Below, in pieces: positions 22,975-36,230 of a DNA stretch of 64,000 nt. The position numbers were made by a program, and so were the translations under genes. This stretch comes from Felis catus. Its lineage: Eukaryota. The notes below the pieces were generated by a model. It did no database searches. It saw only the letters and a program-made list of their open reading frames with translations, and was not told the origin of the DNA. Position 1 is the stretch's first letter; each line of letters opens with the position of its first letter. The DNA lies in NCBI RefSeq assembly GCF_018350175.1, contig NC_058383.1, positions 12,030,001-12,094,000 of the forward strand, written 5' to 3'.

Positions 22975-23972
22975 AATATTTCATATATAGCCTTATATCT
23001 TCATATATATATGTTATATGTGATATATATATATCCTATATATATGATATATATATCTTATATATATATATCTTATATATATATATATCTCATATATATG
23101 ACACATATAAGATATATCCTATATATATGATATATATATCTTATATGTATCAATATATAGGATATATCTTATATGTGTCATATATATGAGACATATCTTA
23201 TATATGTCAAAATGTCATATATATGAGACATATCTTATATATGTCATATATATGAGATATATCTCATATATATATCATATATATGAGATATATCTTATAT
23301 ATCTCATATATATGATACATATATATCATATATATGATATATGTCTTTTTTTTTTTCAACATTTATTTATTTTTGGGACAGAGAGAGACAGAGCATGAAC
23401 GGGGGAGGGGCAGAGAGAGAGGGAGACACAGAATTGGAAACAAGCTCCAGGCTCTGAGCCATCAGCCCAGAGCCCGACGCGGGGCTCGAACTCACGGACC
23501 GCGAGATCGTGACCTGGCTGAAGTTGGACGCTTAACCGACTGCGCCACCCAGGCGCCCCTATGATATATGTCTTATATATATCATATATATGATATATAT
23601 CTTATATATAGGATATATATCTCTTATATATGTATATCTTATATATATCATATATATCTTATATATGAGATAGATCTCATATATATATATCTTATATATC
23701 TCATATATAACGTATATATAACATATATATCTCATATATATGATATATATCTTACATATATATCATATATATCTTATATATAATCATATATATCTTATAT
23801 AATCTTATATATCATATATATCTTATATATATCATAGATATCTTAAATATATATCATAGATATATATATGTATCTTATCTATATCAGAAAACAGATATAT
23901 ATATACATATATATACATATATACACACATACATACACACACACACACACACACATATATACACACACACAA
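22975..23972. repeat. Long TA-rich compound microsatellite (TATATC/GATATA units, then CA)
   Basis: Direct reading. Interrupted by a SINE. Confidence 0.95.
23346..23559 (-). mobile_element. CAN-SINE, young feline type
   Basis: TSD TATGATATATGTCTT at 23333-23347 and 23560-23574. Confidence 0.97.
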
Positions 23973-24229
23973 AGAGCATCACTCTATACCTATCACGCAC
24001 ATTGCTGAGAGGCTCAAGTGGGAAAACCATTGTGAAACATTCCCGGAACTCTAACTGCCAAGCAAAGGCAGGGACTCCTTACTCTTTACCAGGTCATGCC
24101 TTCAGCCGTGGGACAATAGCAACGTGAGCATTCAGAAGAAAGCATTCACGCGGAAAGCTGCCAACACTACCTCCTGCTCTGGTTTCACTTTGTTCATCTT
24201 AAGGTAAGTTTAGACTGAGGCTGGCCCCG

Positions 24230-24810
24230 GCCATGGTAGCATTCTGCATAACCTTCGTGAAACTACCAAAACTGAGAAACTAACATGAACACAATGTTAC
24301 TAACGAAGCTACAAACTTTAATCAGCACTCCCCAGGTTTTGCACCAATGTCCTTTTTCTGTCCCAGGATCTAATCCAGACTCCCACGTGGCATTTGGTTT
24401 TCACGTCTCCTTAGCCTCCTCCCAACTGTGACGAGCCTCTCCTGCCTTTCGTGACCTTGAGACTCCGTTATTTCATAGACAGCACTTCAGATTGGATTTG
24501 CCTGCTTTCCCGTGATTGGACTGAGGTTATGAATTATCAGGAGGGATTTTACCGAGGCGATGTGTTCTGAGTTCTCGGTGCCTCACACCCAGGAGTACCT
24601 GATGTTGCCGCTTTTTATAGCAATCGGTTCTCAGCTGGGTCACTTGTTTAAGATGCTGCCTGGGGGATTTCTCCAGAAATATGGATCCTACCAATCCATA
24701 AGCACTACTTTTGAGGAAGACTGTGCAAATATCATGCATACTTTGAGACTATGCAAATATCATGTCTCTCCTTACACTTTCATCCGGTGATTTCGCCCAT
24801 CATTCAGTGA
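24230..24810 (-). mobile_element. Old L1MC-like 3' UTR fragment
   Basis: GCATTCTGCATAACC...CAATGTCCTTTTTCTGTCCCAGGATCTAATCCAG...GTCTCCTTAGCCTCCT. Appears to resume after 25470. Confidence 0.75.
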
Positions 24811-24812
24811 AT

Positions 24813-25470
24813 CTTTTTTTTTAATTGAGATAGAATTGATATATGACATTGTATTGGTTTTAGGTGTGCAACAAAATGGTTTGATATATGCGTATATTGT
24901 GCGATGATCACCACCATATGTTTAGCTAAAATCCATCAGCATACCTAGTTATTTTGCTTCTTGTGATGAGAATTTTTAGGATCTGTTCTCTTAACATCTT
25001 TTAAATACGCAGTACGGTATTGCAAATGATAGTCACCGTGTACCTTACATCATCAGGACGCATTTATTTTTATAACTGGAAATGTGCACCTTGTGACCCC
25101 CTTTCAGCCATTACACCCAACCACTCCTACCCCCCTGCCTCCAGCAACCACCAATCTGTTCTCTGTATCTCTGAGTTATTTATTTTTTTCTTTTCTAGCT
25201 TCCACCTATAAGCAGGATCATACAGTATTTCTCTTTCTCTGCCTTATTTCACTTAGCATCGTGCCCTCAGGGTCCACCCATGTTATTGCAAAAGGCAGGG
25301 TTTCTTTTTTTTTTTTATGACTGGCTATTATTCCAATATATATAAATACATATACATATATTGGAGATATGTATGTATCTCACATTTTCCTTATCCATTC
25401 ATCTGTCTATGGGTACTTAGGTTGTTTCCACTTCTTGACTATTGTAAATAATGCTGCCAAGAACATGGGT
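24813..25470 (-). mobile_element. L1 (L1MA/carnivore) 3' end
   Basis: Poly-T, TTTTAGGTGTGCAACA..., CTTATTTCACTTAGCAT...CCATTCATCTGTCTATGGGTACTTAGGTTGTTTCCA. Confidence 0.9.
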
Positions 25471-25660
25471 CATTTTGTTGTTGTTCTATACGTATCCTGT
25501 ACATATGCCAAACTATCAGAGGAAAAACAGTGCAATTACAATTTATAATAATTTTGCTTGCAGTAATTATTACTGAGGTGTTCTAATGGTGATTTTCTAT
25601 TTCCCTCATTCTATTTCCTTCCACATTTGTTATTTGGAATTATTCTGCAATGAAGAGTTA

Positions 25661-25768
25661 TCTCCTTCCTTCCTTCCTTCCTTCCTTCCTTCCTTCCTTC
25701 CTGTCCTTCCCTTCCTTCCTTCCTTCCTCCCTCCCTCCTTCCCTCCCTCCCTTCCTTCCTTCCTTCCT
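25661..25768. repeat. (TCCT)n microsatellite
   Basis: Direct reading. Confidence 0.95.
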
Positions 25769-25969
25769 CATTCTATGCATTTACATTAGCACGAACTCTA
25801 GGTGTTTGTCATACTTTAAGTTTTAATTCAATAGCCTCTCTGGCCCCTGGCAGCTCCTTCCGCACTGACTCAATATTGGCCTTGCAACATGGCCATCTTT
25901 GTTTCTTTCTGTTCGATTGGTTAGGTATTTGGTTGGAGTGATCTTGCGTTTTGCCTCCTTGGCCCGCGC

Positions 25970-26160
25970 AATGTGGCTAGTTTCTAGAAGCTGAGAATGG
26001 CAAAGAAATGGATTCTCCTCCTCTTAAGTCTGCAGAAGGAACCAGCCCTGCCGACCCGTTTTAACTTTCTGGCTTCCAGAACTGGAAGAGAATAAACCTG
26101 CCGGGAGACGCCTTAAAATAATCTGTGATAATTTGCTAGAGCAGCGGTAGGAAACGATTA
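25970..26160 (+). mobile_element. MLT1 LTR 3' fragment
   Basis: CTAGAAGCTGAGAATGGCAAAGAAATGGATTCTCC...TTCTGGCTTCCAGAACTGGAAGAGAATAAA...GCAGCGGTAGGAAAC. Confidence 0.8.
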
Positions 26161-27152
26161 TGGCATATAGGCCCCGTGACCGCTGATGGCCACGACGCTT
26201 TGGTCACTTGTTGTCTGTGAGTCATCAGGAGGATTTAGAGTTGGGATTTCACGTGGCAGAAAGGCATCTGCCCTGATGACAGCATGAGGAAGCCAGCTCC
26301 ATCCACAATGGTGTCCAATGGGAAGAGACTCAAAAGTCCTGCGGTGCGGTGGGGGCACCATCCAGGAAGCCATCTAAGTGTTTCCACAACAGAAAGTCTG
26401 TGCTGCTCATGGCATTGCATTCCTGGTACCTTTCCCTCCTGTAGCACACACGGGGCCCGTATGCAACCTCCAAAGAGGAACTTGGAATTGAACGCCAGCC
26501 AAGAGCCCGAAGAGGAATGCATACCTATTCTATTTTTTTTCCCCCCTGTCCCCACTGCTGCGTCTTTTAACCCTTCCCCGTGTAGCAGGATTCTCGCACC
26601 GGGGGTCATGACCCTGAGGCTTTTCTTTCCAGGAAGCAACTTTATTCCTGCGGGCACTGGCACCCTTCAGGTGGGTTCCTGCCCGAAGAACCGAGACCTG
26701 AACACCACGTGGCATAGTCAGATATATAGAGATATTTTTTGTCTCCCATATAGCGTAACACACAAACATGCAGGCTGATGAAGTTACAAGGTCCTGAGCA
26801 ATGTCTAGCAAAGGTTATAGCCAGGTTGCCTTGAGGGTTTGTTCTGTTTGTTTGCTTGTTTGTTTGTTTTAACATTCCTTAGGGAGGGGACATTCCTTTT
26901 TTTTTTCAAATTCCTTTGGGAGGGGACTCTGCCACACCCAGGCAAAGAACAAAACCCTGCAGGTGGCTAAGCTAACAGAAGAAGATTTTGGAGGTTCTCC
27001 AGATTGTCCCTCTGCCTCCTAACAGCTTTTCAACACTTGGGTAGGGAGGGAAAAGGGAAAAGACTTTTCCCAAATCCTTCTGAGGTCCAGACTTCCATGT
27101 AACGCCAACTTGCCTCATTGGATGCCTACCGCCTCTGAGATCCTGTGTTTGC

Positions 27153-27350
27153 TTTTTTTTTTTCTTTTTTAATTTATTTTGAATGAGAGAGAGAGACAGA
27201 GAGAGACAGAGAGAGAGAGAGAGAGCATCCCGGGCAGGCTCTGCATGGTCAGCGCAGAGCCCAATGTGGGGCTCGAACTCACAAACTATGAGATCGTGAC
27301 CTGAGCCAAAAGTCAGATGCTTAACAGACTGAGCCACCCAGGCACCGTCC
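27153..27350 (-). mobile_element. CAN-SINE
   Basis: Reverse SINE with T tract. Confidence 0.93.
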
Positions 27351-28202
27351 CCCCCCCACCGCCTTTTTTTCCTCCCTGTGTTCGCTTTTGCTTTAAGATC
27401 TGTTTGTATACATTGGGATATATAAATTCCCAGAGTTTCAATACTGTTTCACCAAATGTACAACAAGGGGAAATAAAAGTAACAGATCCATGAGGACTGA
27501 ATCTGGAGGCAAGAAATTCTTCAGAGAACGGAATCAGCTTGCCTTCGTTTTTGTCTTCATGTTGCAGAATTTCCTCTGCCTTTAAACAGACCGGGGGCTG
27601 CTTGCTGTTAAAGATCAGATCAGTGGTTTGATGTGGTTCAACAGCGTGCCTGACATCCACGCTGATACCCTTTGCCTGTTTCAAAGGCAAAGTGAGTGGT
27701 TCTAATTCCCATTCGTGCACTGAGAGATCAAATATGAATACTTCCCGAGGAAATGAGACTAAAACAGGCAGCCCAGAGATGCTTCTAAGCCCCAATTATA
27801 TTCCATTTTCAGGTTGTGTTCTCCTTCTTAAAATGATAGAAAATTGTGGAGTGTTTCTAATCTTTGCAGCTTGGATTGAATCCATCTTTCATGAATTGTG
27901 TTAAAGTGGTCTTGCATTAAGAAGGGCTTTCAAAATAGCCAAGTAGCTGGTGAGGTTGGGTTGAGACTTGGTCAATTGGAAAATGTTTTGGTGCACCAAA
28001 AAATGTCACCCAGTCCAGTCAAAAGCCAAATGTATCAGTTCTGAGTTCGACGGATTTATTTCTATTTCCTTCCAAATCTCCCTTCAGATGGAGAGGAGAG
28101 GAGCATTTATTAAATATGCCAAGTGTTCTATGCATGTTGGTATTTTGCACATTCATCTCACAAGTGCAAGAGAGACCTTCTCTTCCTCCTTTTTTAAAAA
28201 AT

Positions 28203-28418
28203 ATTTATTATTATTATTATTATTTGAGAGAGAGGGAGAGAGAGTGCGCGCATGCACATATATGGGGGAGGGGTGGGGGGGGAGAGAGAGAGAATCTTAA
28301 GTAGTCTTCACGCTTAGCAGGGTCCCTGACGTGGGGCTCAATCCCTCGACCCTGGGGTCATGACCCGAGCAGAAACCAAGAGTCAGATGCTCATCTGACT
28401 GAGCCACCCAGGTGCCCC
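28203..28418 (-). mobile_element. CAN-SINE (older)
   Basis: Reverse SINE flanked by TTCTTCCTCCTTTT-like TSD. Confidence 0.9.
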
Positions 28419-29139
28419 TTCTTCCTCCTTTTCAATGTTAGGAAACAGAGACGCTTTTTTTTTTTTAAAGAAATTGTTGTGTTCTCCAGGAGAACCAGGA
28501 TGTAAGTCCAGGCATGACGAAGAGGTAAGGAAAACAACAGGTGCTTTGGAACGGAATTAGAACATTTGCACGACCATCTATTAGCTCTATGGCTTGAGAA
28601 ACTTCTTTCAGGACACTTATTAAATGGAGATAACGATATGTATCTTGTAAGGCGATGTGTGCATGTATCCGGACACACAGGTATGTTAAGTGCCAGGCCC
28701 GTATACGTATTCCATGAATGATAAATGGTATTATTCACTCGATAATTGTTGGCCACCTCTTAATTGTCAAGCACTGGTACTCCATGGTATACAATGGCTG
28801 CCATTTTTAATTGGGTTTCCTCACCTAAAACAATACAATGGATTCTTCCACTATAGCTAATATTTGCAGAGAAACTCCTATGTGTAGAGACAGTGTTTTA
28901 GGGGCTATCCAAGGCATAAGGGTAACGTCGCCAAACAATAAAATGACCCTGGTCCATAACGATCCTATCGTATTGGTGCAGACCTTCCCAGGAAGGCAAT
29001 GTATGGGTCACTGATGAGTCTTCAAAGTCAAACACAGGTCATCTTGAGGACAGCAATAGACTTGCCAACGGGTGTTTAGCTCGCATAGCTTCAGAGAATC
29101 AACATCCAGATTCTCATCATACATTTATATTCTTTGTTA

Positions 29140-29140
<1 letters not shown>

Positions 29141-29172
<32 letters not shown>
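29141..29172. repeat. (CAA)n microsatellite
   Basis: Direct reading. Confidence 0.95.
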
Positions 29173-30201
29173 ACTCTTTTAACTGGGAATTCACCTGCAG
29201 TGGAGGTGACGTGGTTTCTGTCCTCACTTTCCCCTAAAAAATCACCTTGCTCACATTGTGCAAAAGACAGACACATGTCTCACCCATCACCCTTCCCACA
29301 AAATTGCATTTCTTCATGGGGGGGGGGGGGCGGGTGGGTGGGGAAACTTCTGGGGTTTTGAACAAAGGAGAATTTAAAACGTTGGTCTCGAGGTTGGAAA
29401 AGGACAAGCTCTAACAACGGAAAAAACAAGTCCATTTGCAAATTCTGTAGTTGCTGATTCTTTTCTTTCAATTTGAGGACTCCATTACATTGTGAACAGG
29501 CAGATCATTAAAATTAGTTTTTGATAGTATATCAAAATGCAGGCTTTGCAGAGAACCCGAAAAAATTGAGTTGTCCTTTTTTGTTGTTCTTTTTAAAATT
29601 CTGCTCCCATGGACTCATTTAAGGACATGAGTTTTCTCAGCATCTCAATAAACAAATATTGAAAGTGAATAAATAATGTATCAAACTATTTTCGTTGAAG
29701 GAATAAGCAATATTTATTCATAAATACACGACCTACACGAAAACTTTCCTTTCTATCTCATCAAGATGTGATTTCCATTAAAATCTTTATGTTTGGAAAT
29801 GATCACAATATGCTATATATTTCTATTGTCTGGGTAAATAGGATATAATAATAATTACACTATTTGTAGCTCAGGTCACATTAGACAAAATAAATCTTGG
29901 ACCATGAAAAATCAAAACCAATTTCAATTCGTACACCAAAGGAAAAGGGAAGCTTCCGACGTCGTCTAGGAACAGACCTTGGCGTTGTGCGAGAACCGGT
30001 CCAAGGAACCGTCCCGGAGCTCACAGCCAGACCACGGTGTCCTCCTGGGGGACATCAGCAATCCACAGACATCAGCCAGCATCCGACTGGCGTCTGATGC
30101 TCTGTGCTCTGTGACTGTGACGCAGGGAGACGAAACAGCCACAACAAACAAACAAAACACAAAGATTTCGGAATCGTATCTAAGCACAGACGAAACCAAA
30201 G

Positions 30202-30545
30202 TGTCTTAGTTCAAGCCACTAGACTGAAAATACTGCAGAATGGGTGGCTTAAATGGCAAACATCCTTTTCCCATCTCACAGTTCTGGATTCTGGTAAGCT
30301 CAAGATCAAGGCACTGGCGGATCCAGTGTCTGGTGGGGACCCAATTCCGGGCTCCGCGAGAACTATCTTCTCACCTTGTCCTCACGTGGCAGAAGGGGCT
30401 AGGGAGCTCCGTGGAGGCGCTTCTAGAAGGGCACAGATCCCATTCAGGGGGGCTCCACCCGCATGACCTAATCACCTCCCAGAGACCTCGCCTTCCCATA
30501 CCATCACGTTGGGAATTAAGACTTTTGGGGGACAGGGTCGATAGC
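30202..30545 (-). mobile_element. MLT1A-like LTR
   Basis: TGTCTTAGTTC...TGGGTGGCTTAAA...TCTCACAGTTCTGG...ATGACCTAATCACCTCCCA. Confidence 0.88.
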
Positions 30546-31277
30546 CCAAAGTTATCGTGGACGCAATGATAATACCACACATCACCCTCTCCCAGCTAAT
30601 AGGAGTGACTGGTGCCTCTTTTCCAATTATTACTTTAGCCCCGCTCTTCTCTTCTAGGTGAGGTTTCCATAAAAGGAGACTTCCAGAGAAAAACTATGAA
30701 GACGGCCAATCACGGACTTGGCCCCACTTCCCAACAGCATTCGAGCTAGAGGGAAGTCCGCTTGGCACAGCTCCCACCCGTTACTTAACCGGAGTCCAAA
30801 TCCCGTATTAAATCCTTTCTACCATCTTATGGGAGGCACCCAATGCTTCCCCATGGGGTACATTCTCCCTTGTCGCAACGAGCCAGACCTATAAGCGTAC
30901 CCCTGTGGTGTTCGGCTGGGGGGCACTGACGGAAAAGGAGGTGCCCCCAAGATCCAGCCCCAGTCCTCACTGTCCTGGATGGAAACCGTGGACCCGGTGC
31001 TGGCATTCACATCCGAGACCTGCTGCGTCTCTAACGTGTTTGAGGTGCCCCCCGCCCTCGCGTACGTGACCGAGAGATAAGTTCATGCCACATCGAGCTC
31101 TGATATTTTGTTAAATATCCCAGCATTCCGGGGTTTAGCTTGTGTATTTGATCATATTTACCCTGCACTTTGATGAAATTGTTCTCCAGTCTTCTAACAC
31201 CTGCTCCTGGTCTCTCTGCTTGCCTAGAGTCTTAGAGAGCCTTGTTTGTCTCTAACAGGAAATGGCTACCGGGAGAT

Positions 31278-31645
31278 GTATTAGTGAGGGTTCGACCAGA
31301 AATAGAACAAGTAGGACCTGTCTATAATAGATTCATTGCAATGAATCGGTGAGGCAAGTCCAAAGTCCGGAGTGCAGGCCATCAGGAAGCAGGCTGGAAC
31401 TCTCAGCACATGCTGAAGCTTGTATCCACAGAAAATTCTTCTTCGGAGAAGCCTCAGCTGTTTTTGAGACTCTTCAACTGCTTGAATCGGGCCCATTCAG
31501 ATTATGGCGAATAACCTCCTTCACTTAAAACGACTGGTTATGGGCTGGGATCGTATCCACAAGACCTCTTCATAGCAATATCCAGGTTAACGTTCGACCG
31601 AATAACCAGGGACTGGATTGTGGCCTGGCCGGATTGAGGCACGGC
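31278..31645 (-). mobile_element. MLT2-like ERVL LTR
   Basis: TGTATTAGTGAGGGTTCGACCAGAAATAGAAC...GGCAAGTCCAAA...CTTCAACTG...GGCCCATTCAGATTATGG. Confidence 0.82.
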
Positions 31646-31940
31646 ATTGGCCATCCCGGGCAAAAGTTGGGAAGGGGGCTGATCAATCTGTCCCCAGGCT
31701 GGGCCCGGGGACTGAGGACTTCCCTGTGTTCCCTGGCACTTGGCATCTTGTTTCAGACCAACTTTGATCTGGATCACCTCTGTGTTGGTGCTTCTGAGAA
31801 CTGTGTTTATTTTCGTCTTCTGAGAATCAAGAGTTTTGGTCTGCTTCCTGATGATGGCTGGGTGAGGACTGCCTTTGGCCAGGACCCAGAGCCACAAAGC
31901 TAAATCAGCCCCTTCTGACGGATTCCAGAAGCTCTGAGGC

Positions 31941-32248
31941 TCTCCTCCATCTACACTGCACCCCTACCCCGTTTACACTGTTATCTCCCCTATATCTACA
32001 CTCTGCTTCCCCACTGTCTATGTTATGTCTCTCTCCCATCTACACCCTGTTTTTTTCCCACCTACACTGTGCCTCCTTGCGTCTACATGGCGCCCTGCTC
32101 TGTCTACACTGTGTCTTTCTCCCATCTACACTGTTACCTCTCCTCTCTCTCCACTGTGCCTCTCCCCTGTCTATTCTGTGCCTCCCTCCCATCCACACTG
32201 TCTCTCTCTCTCTCTCTCTCTCTCTCCAGTCTACACCATGCCTCTCCC
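31941..32248. repeat. Degenerate ~22-bp minisatellite, ~13 copies
   Basis: TCTACACTG-like core at 31950, 31972, 31995, 32017, 32039, 32061, 32082, 32103, 32125, 32148, 32170, 32192 and 32230. Confidence 0.85.
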
Positions 32249-33510
32249 AGACCAAACCCACTTCCTCTCGCTTTCTCGCTGTAACGCTAACTTGTGTGGC
32301 TCTGTCGTTAACTGTGCCATTTCACCAGGGACCGCTCAACATGGTAGTGGCCACTTTGGGGAGCTTTGGGCGGGAAGAAGAGTATTCATTTGGAAGGTAG
32401 CTTCGAACAAGAAATCCTCGAGAGGGGATTATCTGTCTTGATTGTCTAAAAGAGGGAGCGTTTTGTTTAACCCAGAAGTCATGCCTCCACCATTTCAGCA
32501 CTTGGGAGTTCGTGACTGCCGACTGGCTGATTGCTTGGGCTGAGAAAACTGTCCCGTGCCCAGAAGTTACATCAAACCCAGATGCATGCCACCCTCTCTG
32601 AACACCCACGGCAAACTCCGGGTTCTCTTTTGCATCTAGACTTACTGTCCTCCCTCTGTAGAGAAGACATGATTAGCCTTTTATAATGATAACTTTGTAT
32701 TTGCCTGGAGCTTGCTTCCTCTTGTTGGTGTCTGTCTCTCTGTCTCTCTTTGTCTCTGTCCGTCTCTGTTTCTATCTCTTTCTCTCTCTCTGTCTCTCTT
32801 TCTCTCTCACTGTACATCTCTCTCTTTCTTTCCCTGTCTCTCTTGGGGAAAGAGAGGTTAAAGATTTAAAACAAAACATTGCTCAGTTGCTAAGTCAGCA
32901 CTCCAGGAATATCTAGTCCAGATAAACACCCAACAGTGTCTAAAAAGAAAGAAGTGATTATGTGGTGTTTTTCTTTGTGGACCCCCCCAAAGTATATTTA
33001 TATAATACCCTTTGCTATTACAGCTATGAGGTTAGGGGAAAAATGGCTTTAGCTCTAAGATAAAACAAGACTTTGGGGCATGAGTCAGTCTTTAAACATG
33101 AGTTGACCCTGTAAAAATACCTTCCAGCGCAAAATTTTACTAGTGTAAGTACAGAATTAAATGTCTCCTATTTCAACTTTCTAAACTGCCTACGTTGGTT
33201 TTATGAGTTACTTCAGTTACCACTGTCTCCATAGCTTGTTTAAAATTAAAAATTTATACACATCAAATTACGTTCGTAAAAATGAAATGATGGTGATGGA
33301 TGTGTCTTTAAAGGGTTTAATTTTATGCAACTTTCGCAATACCACAAATCATAAAGACTTAGTGTATGAGCCAAGTTATATTTTTCAGAACCATAACTAA
33401 TTTTAAGACTTTAGACAAATCTTTGAATTAATTAACAAACAATCTTTGGATGCTAGGACAGTTTTTAATTAAGAAACAAGTACAAAACACTGGTCATTAA
33501 GGGTTCTTTT

Positions 33511-33707
33511 ATATATTTTATTTATTTTTGAGACACAGAGCGTGAGCGGGGGAGGGGCAGAGAGAGAAGGAGACACAGAATCTGCAGCAGGCTCCAGGCT
33601 CCGAGCCGTCAGCCCAGAGCCCGACGCGGGGCTCGAACTCACGGACCGCGAGATCGTGACCCGAGCTGAAGTCGGACGCTTAACTGACTGCGCCACCCAG
33701 GCGCCCC
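33511..33707 (-). mobile_element. CAN-SINE
   Basis: Reverse SINE ending CAGGCGCCCC. Confidence 0.95.
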
Positions 33708-33996
33708 AAACATTAAAAAAAATTAAAAAAAAAAAACAAAATTATTAAAACGATGTGATAGGAGTGCTCATTTATTTAAAAAGAGACAGTTCCTGATTTT
33801 CTAGTTTTCTCTTTTGTCTATATCTGTTTATTGATGGATCATGCTTTAAAAAAAAACAACTAGAAATTGCCAAGACATTCTGCTCTACAGAGCTGAATTT
33901 GCCATTGACATTTAGGCCTCACACAGAAATTAGATCAGTGTAGACGCCTATGTTAACTGCCCTTAGCGAAACCTACTAACTTGAAAATGATAAAAG

Positions 33997-34001
<5 letters not shown>

Positions 34002-34033
<32 letters not shown>

Positions 34034-34220
34034 ATATGGTGTATACACATATATATGTGTATATATATACACATATATACATATATGTATATATATGTAT
34101 ATATGTATATATGTATATATATATGTATATATATATACATCAATATATATATTTATATATGGTGTACACACCATATATATATGTAATATATATATATATG
34201 GTGTATATACGGTACATATA

Positions 34221-34259
<39 letters not shown>

Positions 34260-34275
34260 GGTATATACACATATC
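34002..34275. repeat. (TA)n/(TATG) compound microsatellite
   Basis: Direct reading. Confidence 0.95.
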
Positions 34276-34279
34276 ATAA

Positions 34280-35528
34280 GAGGTGAATGGTTTGGGTTAA
34301 TCCTTGACTTAAATGATTTAAAACCCACAAGGATTTCCTGGGCACAACGGGAACCCTTGGAAAATGGACACCGAATTGATTCGTTCCTGTTGTGATAAAT
34401 GATACTTATATTCCCAAAAGAGTGGGTGCCCCACTGGGACTGTACTTCGGAAGCAATTATCAGACTCATACCTGCCTGCTTCACTCTAATGTACCTATGA
34501 GTTTGGGGGTAATTACCGGAGACTACGAGATATTTAAAACAACCACCCCTCTCAGGAACCTCCAGCATGAGGTAAACACAGGGCACTCCGGGAAGCCAGA
34601 CTGATGCCCTCTTCATGCAGACCCCCCTGATTGCAGTTCCCACAGTGATCTGAAACTTGTCATGGACCCCAGCAGATGTCGTAAATAACACAGCATCTTC
34701 CCTGGGTACCCAATAAATGAGTCTAAATTCATTAGCCAGACTTACCATGGACAATCACGTAGCATCTGATTTCCTCGAAGCTTGAGGCTCCTGTGTAAAT
34801 ACTACAGGGCAAGTTTCAAGACTGGGCGAAAAGAAGAAACCGCCTGAGTCTCTAAACACGGGCCCTGCTGGATGCTGGGATATGTTTTCCTTGCCTGGGG
34901 TTTACGGTCTAGGCCTCTTGCTTTGAGACCTGTTACAAGGACTAATAATCACGTGCTTTCCGGGAACTGCCTGGGTTACAGTTGGCCGAGGTGTCGGGTC
35001 CAGAGTCCTAAATGTTCCTGGGCAGCCACTGGCCCATCAGAGGGTTCAGCAACTCATTTTACAACAGAAAAAATGGACTGACCCTAGTCTGACTACAGAC
35101 AAGTTTCAGGAGACACCCTCTTGACCGCGAGCAGCAGAATCTCACGTCGTGAATTGATATCCTGCAGTCTGACTTCATCTGTCCTTGCCTAAAAGAAGGG
35201 GTCAAGAAAGCACAAAGTCCCAGGTAAGAAGATTCCGTACCATTAGAAGCCTTTACCCTGCACACCACCATCCACATAGAATTAAGATAACCCATCATAA
35301 AATTGCCCCCACTTCCGAGAGCATCCAATCCAGAGTGAAGCCAAGCTACCCTAAGCGTTCCCCCAATTACTTAAAGTTCAAGTCGTGTAATAAACCCTAT
35401 CAAGCACCCTCGTCCTCAGATGTCCAATGGTTCCCCGTGGTGTGTGCTCTCCCTCGTTTCAATGAATAAACCTGATTTGTTCAATTATAGGCACGTTCTG
35501 ATTGGCCTTTGGCTGGAGGGCATTTACA
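34280..35528 (+). mobile_element. ERV1-class (MER34/MER39-like) env remnant, polypurine tract and 3' LTR
   Basis: 34717-34782 translates MSLNSLARLTMDNHVASDFLEA, like the gamma-type TM immunosuppressive domain, followed by CVNTTGQV. Upstream GAPLGLYF is SU-like. Purine tract AAAAGAAGGGG at 35191-35201. LTR has AATAAA and ends ...TTTGGCTGGAGGGCATTTACA. Confidence 0.78.
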
Positions 35529-35721
35529 GTACGAATTTTTGCTGCAGCGAAAGATAGTTAGAGAACTAATAAAAGTCTTTCAAGCCCAAACTATTATATT
35601 AGGATAAAATCCTGTGTGGGGGATAGAGATCAGATTGGAAATACAGGCTTAGTAAGGGAAATCTTAAATGTTCTCACTGCTAAAGGAGGGTTTGTTTGCA
35701 CATTTTAAATATAGATGATGC

Positions 35722-35949
35722 AGGGGCACCTGGGCGGCTTAAGTCGGTTGAGCGTCCGACTTCGGCTCAGGTCATGATCTAACGGTCTGTGGGTTCGAGC
35801 CCCGCGTCGGGCTGTGTGCTGACAGCTCGGAGCCTGGAGCCTGCTTCGGATTCGGTGCCTTCCTCTCTCTGCCCCTCCCCTGTTCGTGTTCCGCCTCTGT
35901 CTCTGTCTCTCTCAAAAATAAACATTAAGAAATAAAAAAATAAAAAAAA
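35722..35949 (+). mobile_element. CAN-SINE
   Basis: Full SINE flanked by ATAGATGA. Confidence 0.95.
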
Positions 35950-36007
35950 TAGATGACGTCATGTTTCAGTGTTACGATAGGTAGATTACACTGGATACTT
36001 TCATTCT

Positions 36008-36211
36008 ATTTTTATTTTTTTAAGTTTCTTTATTTATTTTGAGAAAGAGAGACAGAGAGGCAGAGAGAGAAGGAGAGAGAGGGAATCCCAAGCAGGCTCT
36101 GAACTGTCAGTGCAGAGCCCGATGCAGGGCTCAAACTCACAAACTGTGAGATCATGACCTGAGCAGAAACCAAGAATCAGATGCTTCACCGACGGAGCCA
36201 CCCAGGCATCC
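36008..36211 (-). mobile_element. CAN-SINE (older)
   Basis: Reverse SINE with TGGATACTTT on both sides. Confidence 0.93.
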
Positions 36212-36230
36212 CATCTATTGGATACTTTTA

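Noticed and set aside
27313..27795. 160-aa minus-strand ORF with protein-like composition
   Set aside because: Runs into a SINE, has no recognisable homology and no convincing splice sites.
29134..29361. Poly-glutamine ORF
   Set aside because: Translation of a (CAA)n microsatellite.
31941..32248. CRISPR-like regularly spaced motif
   Set aside because: Eukaryotic DNA, ~9-bp degenerate core, mutually similar ~13-bp linkers and no cas genes: a minisatellite.
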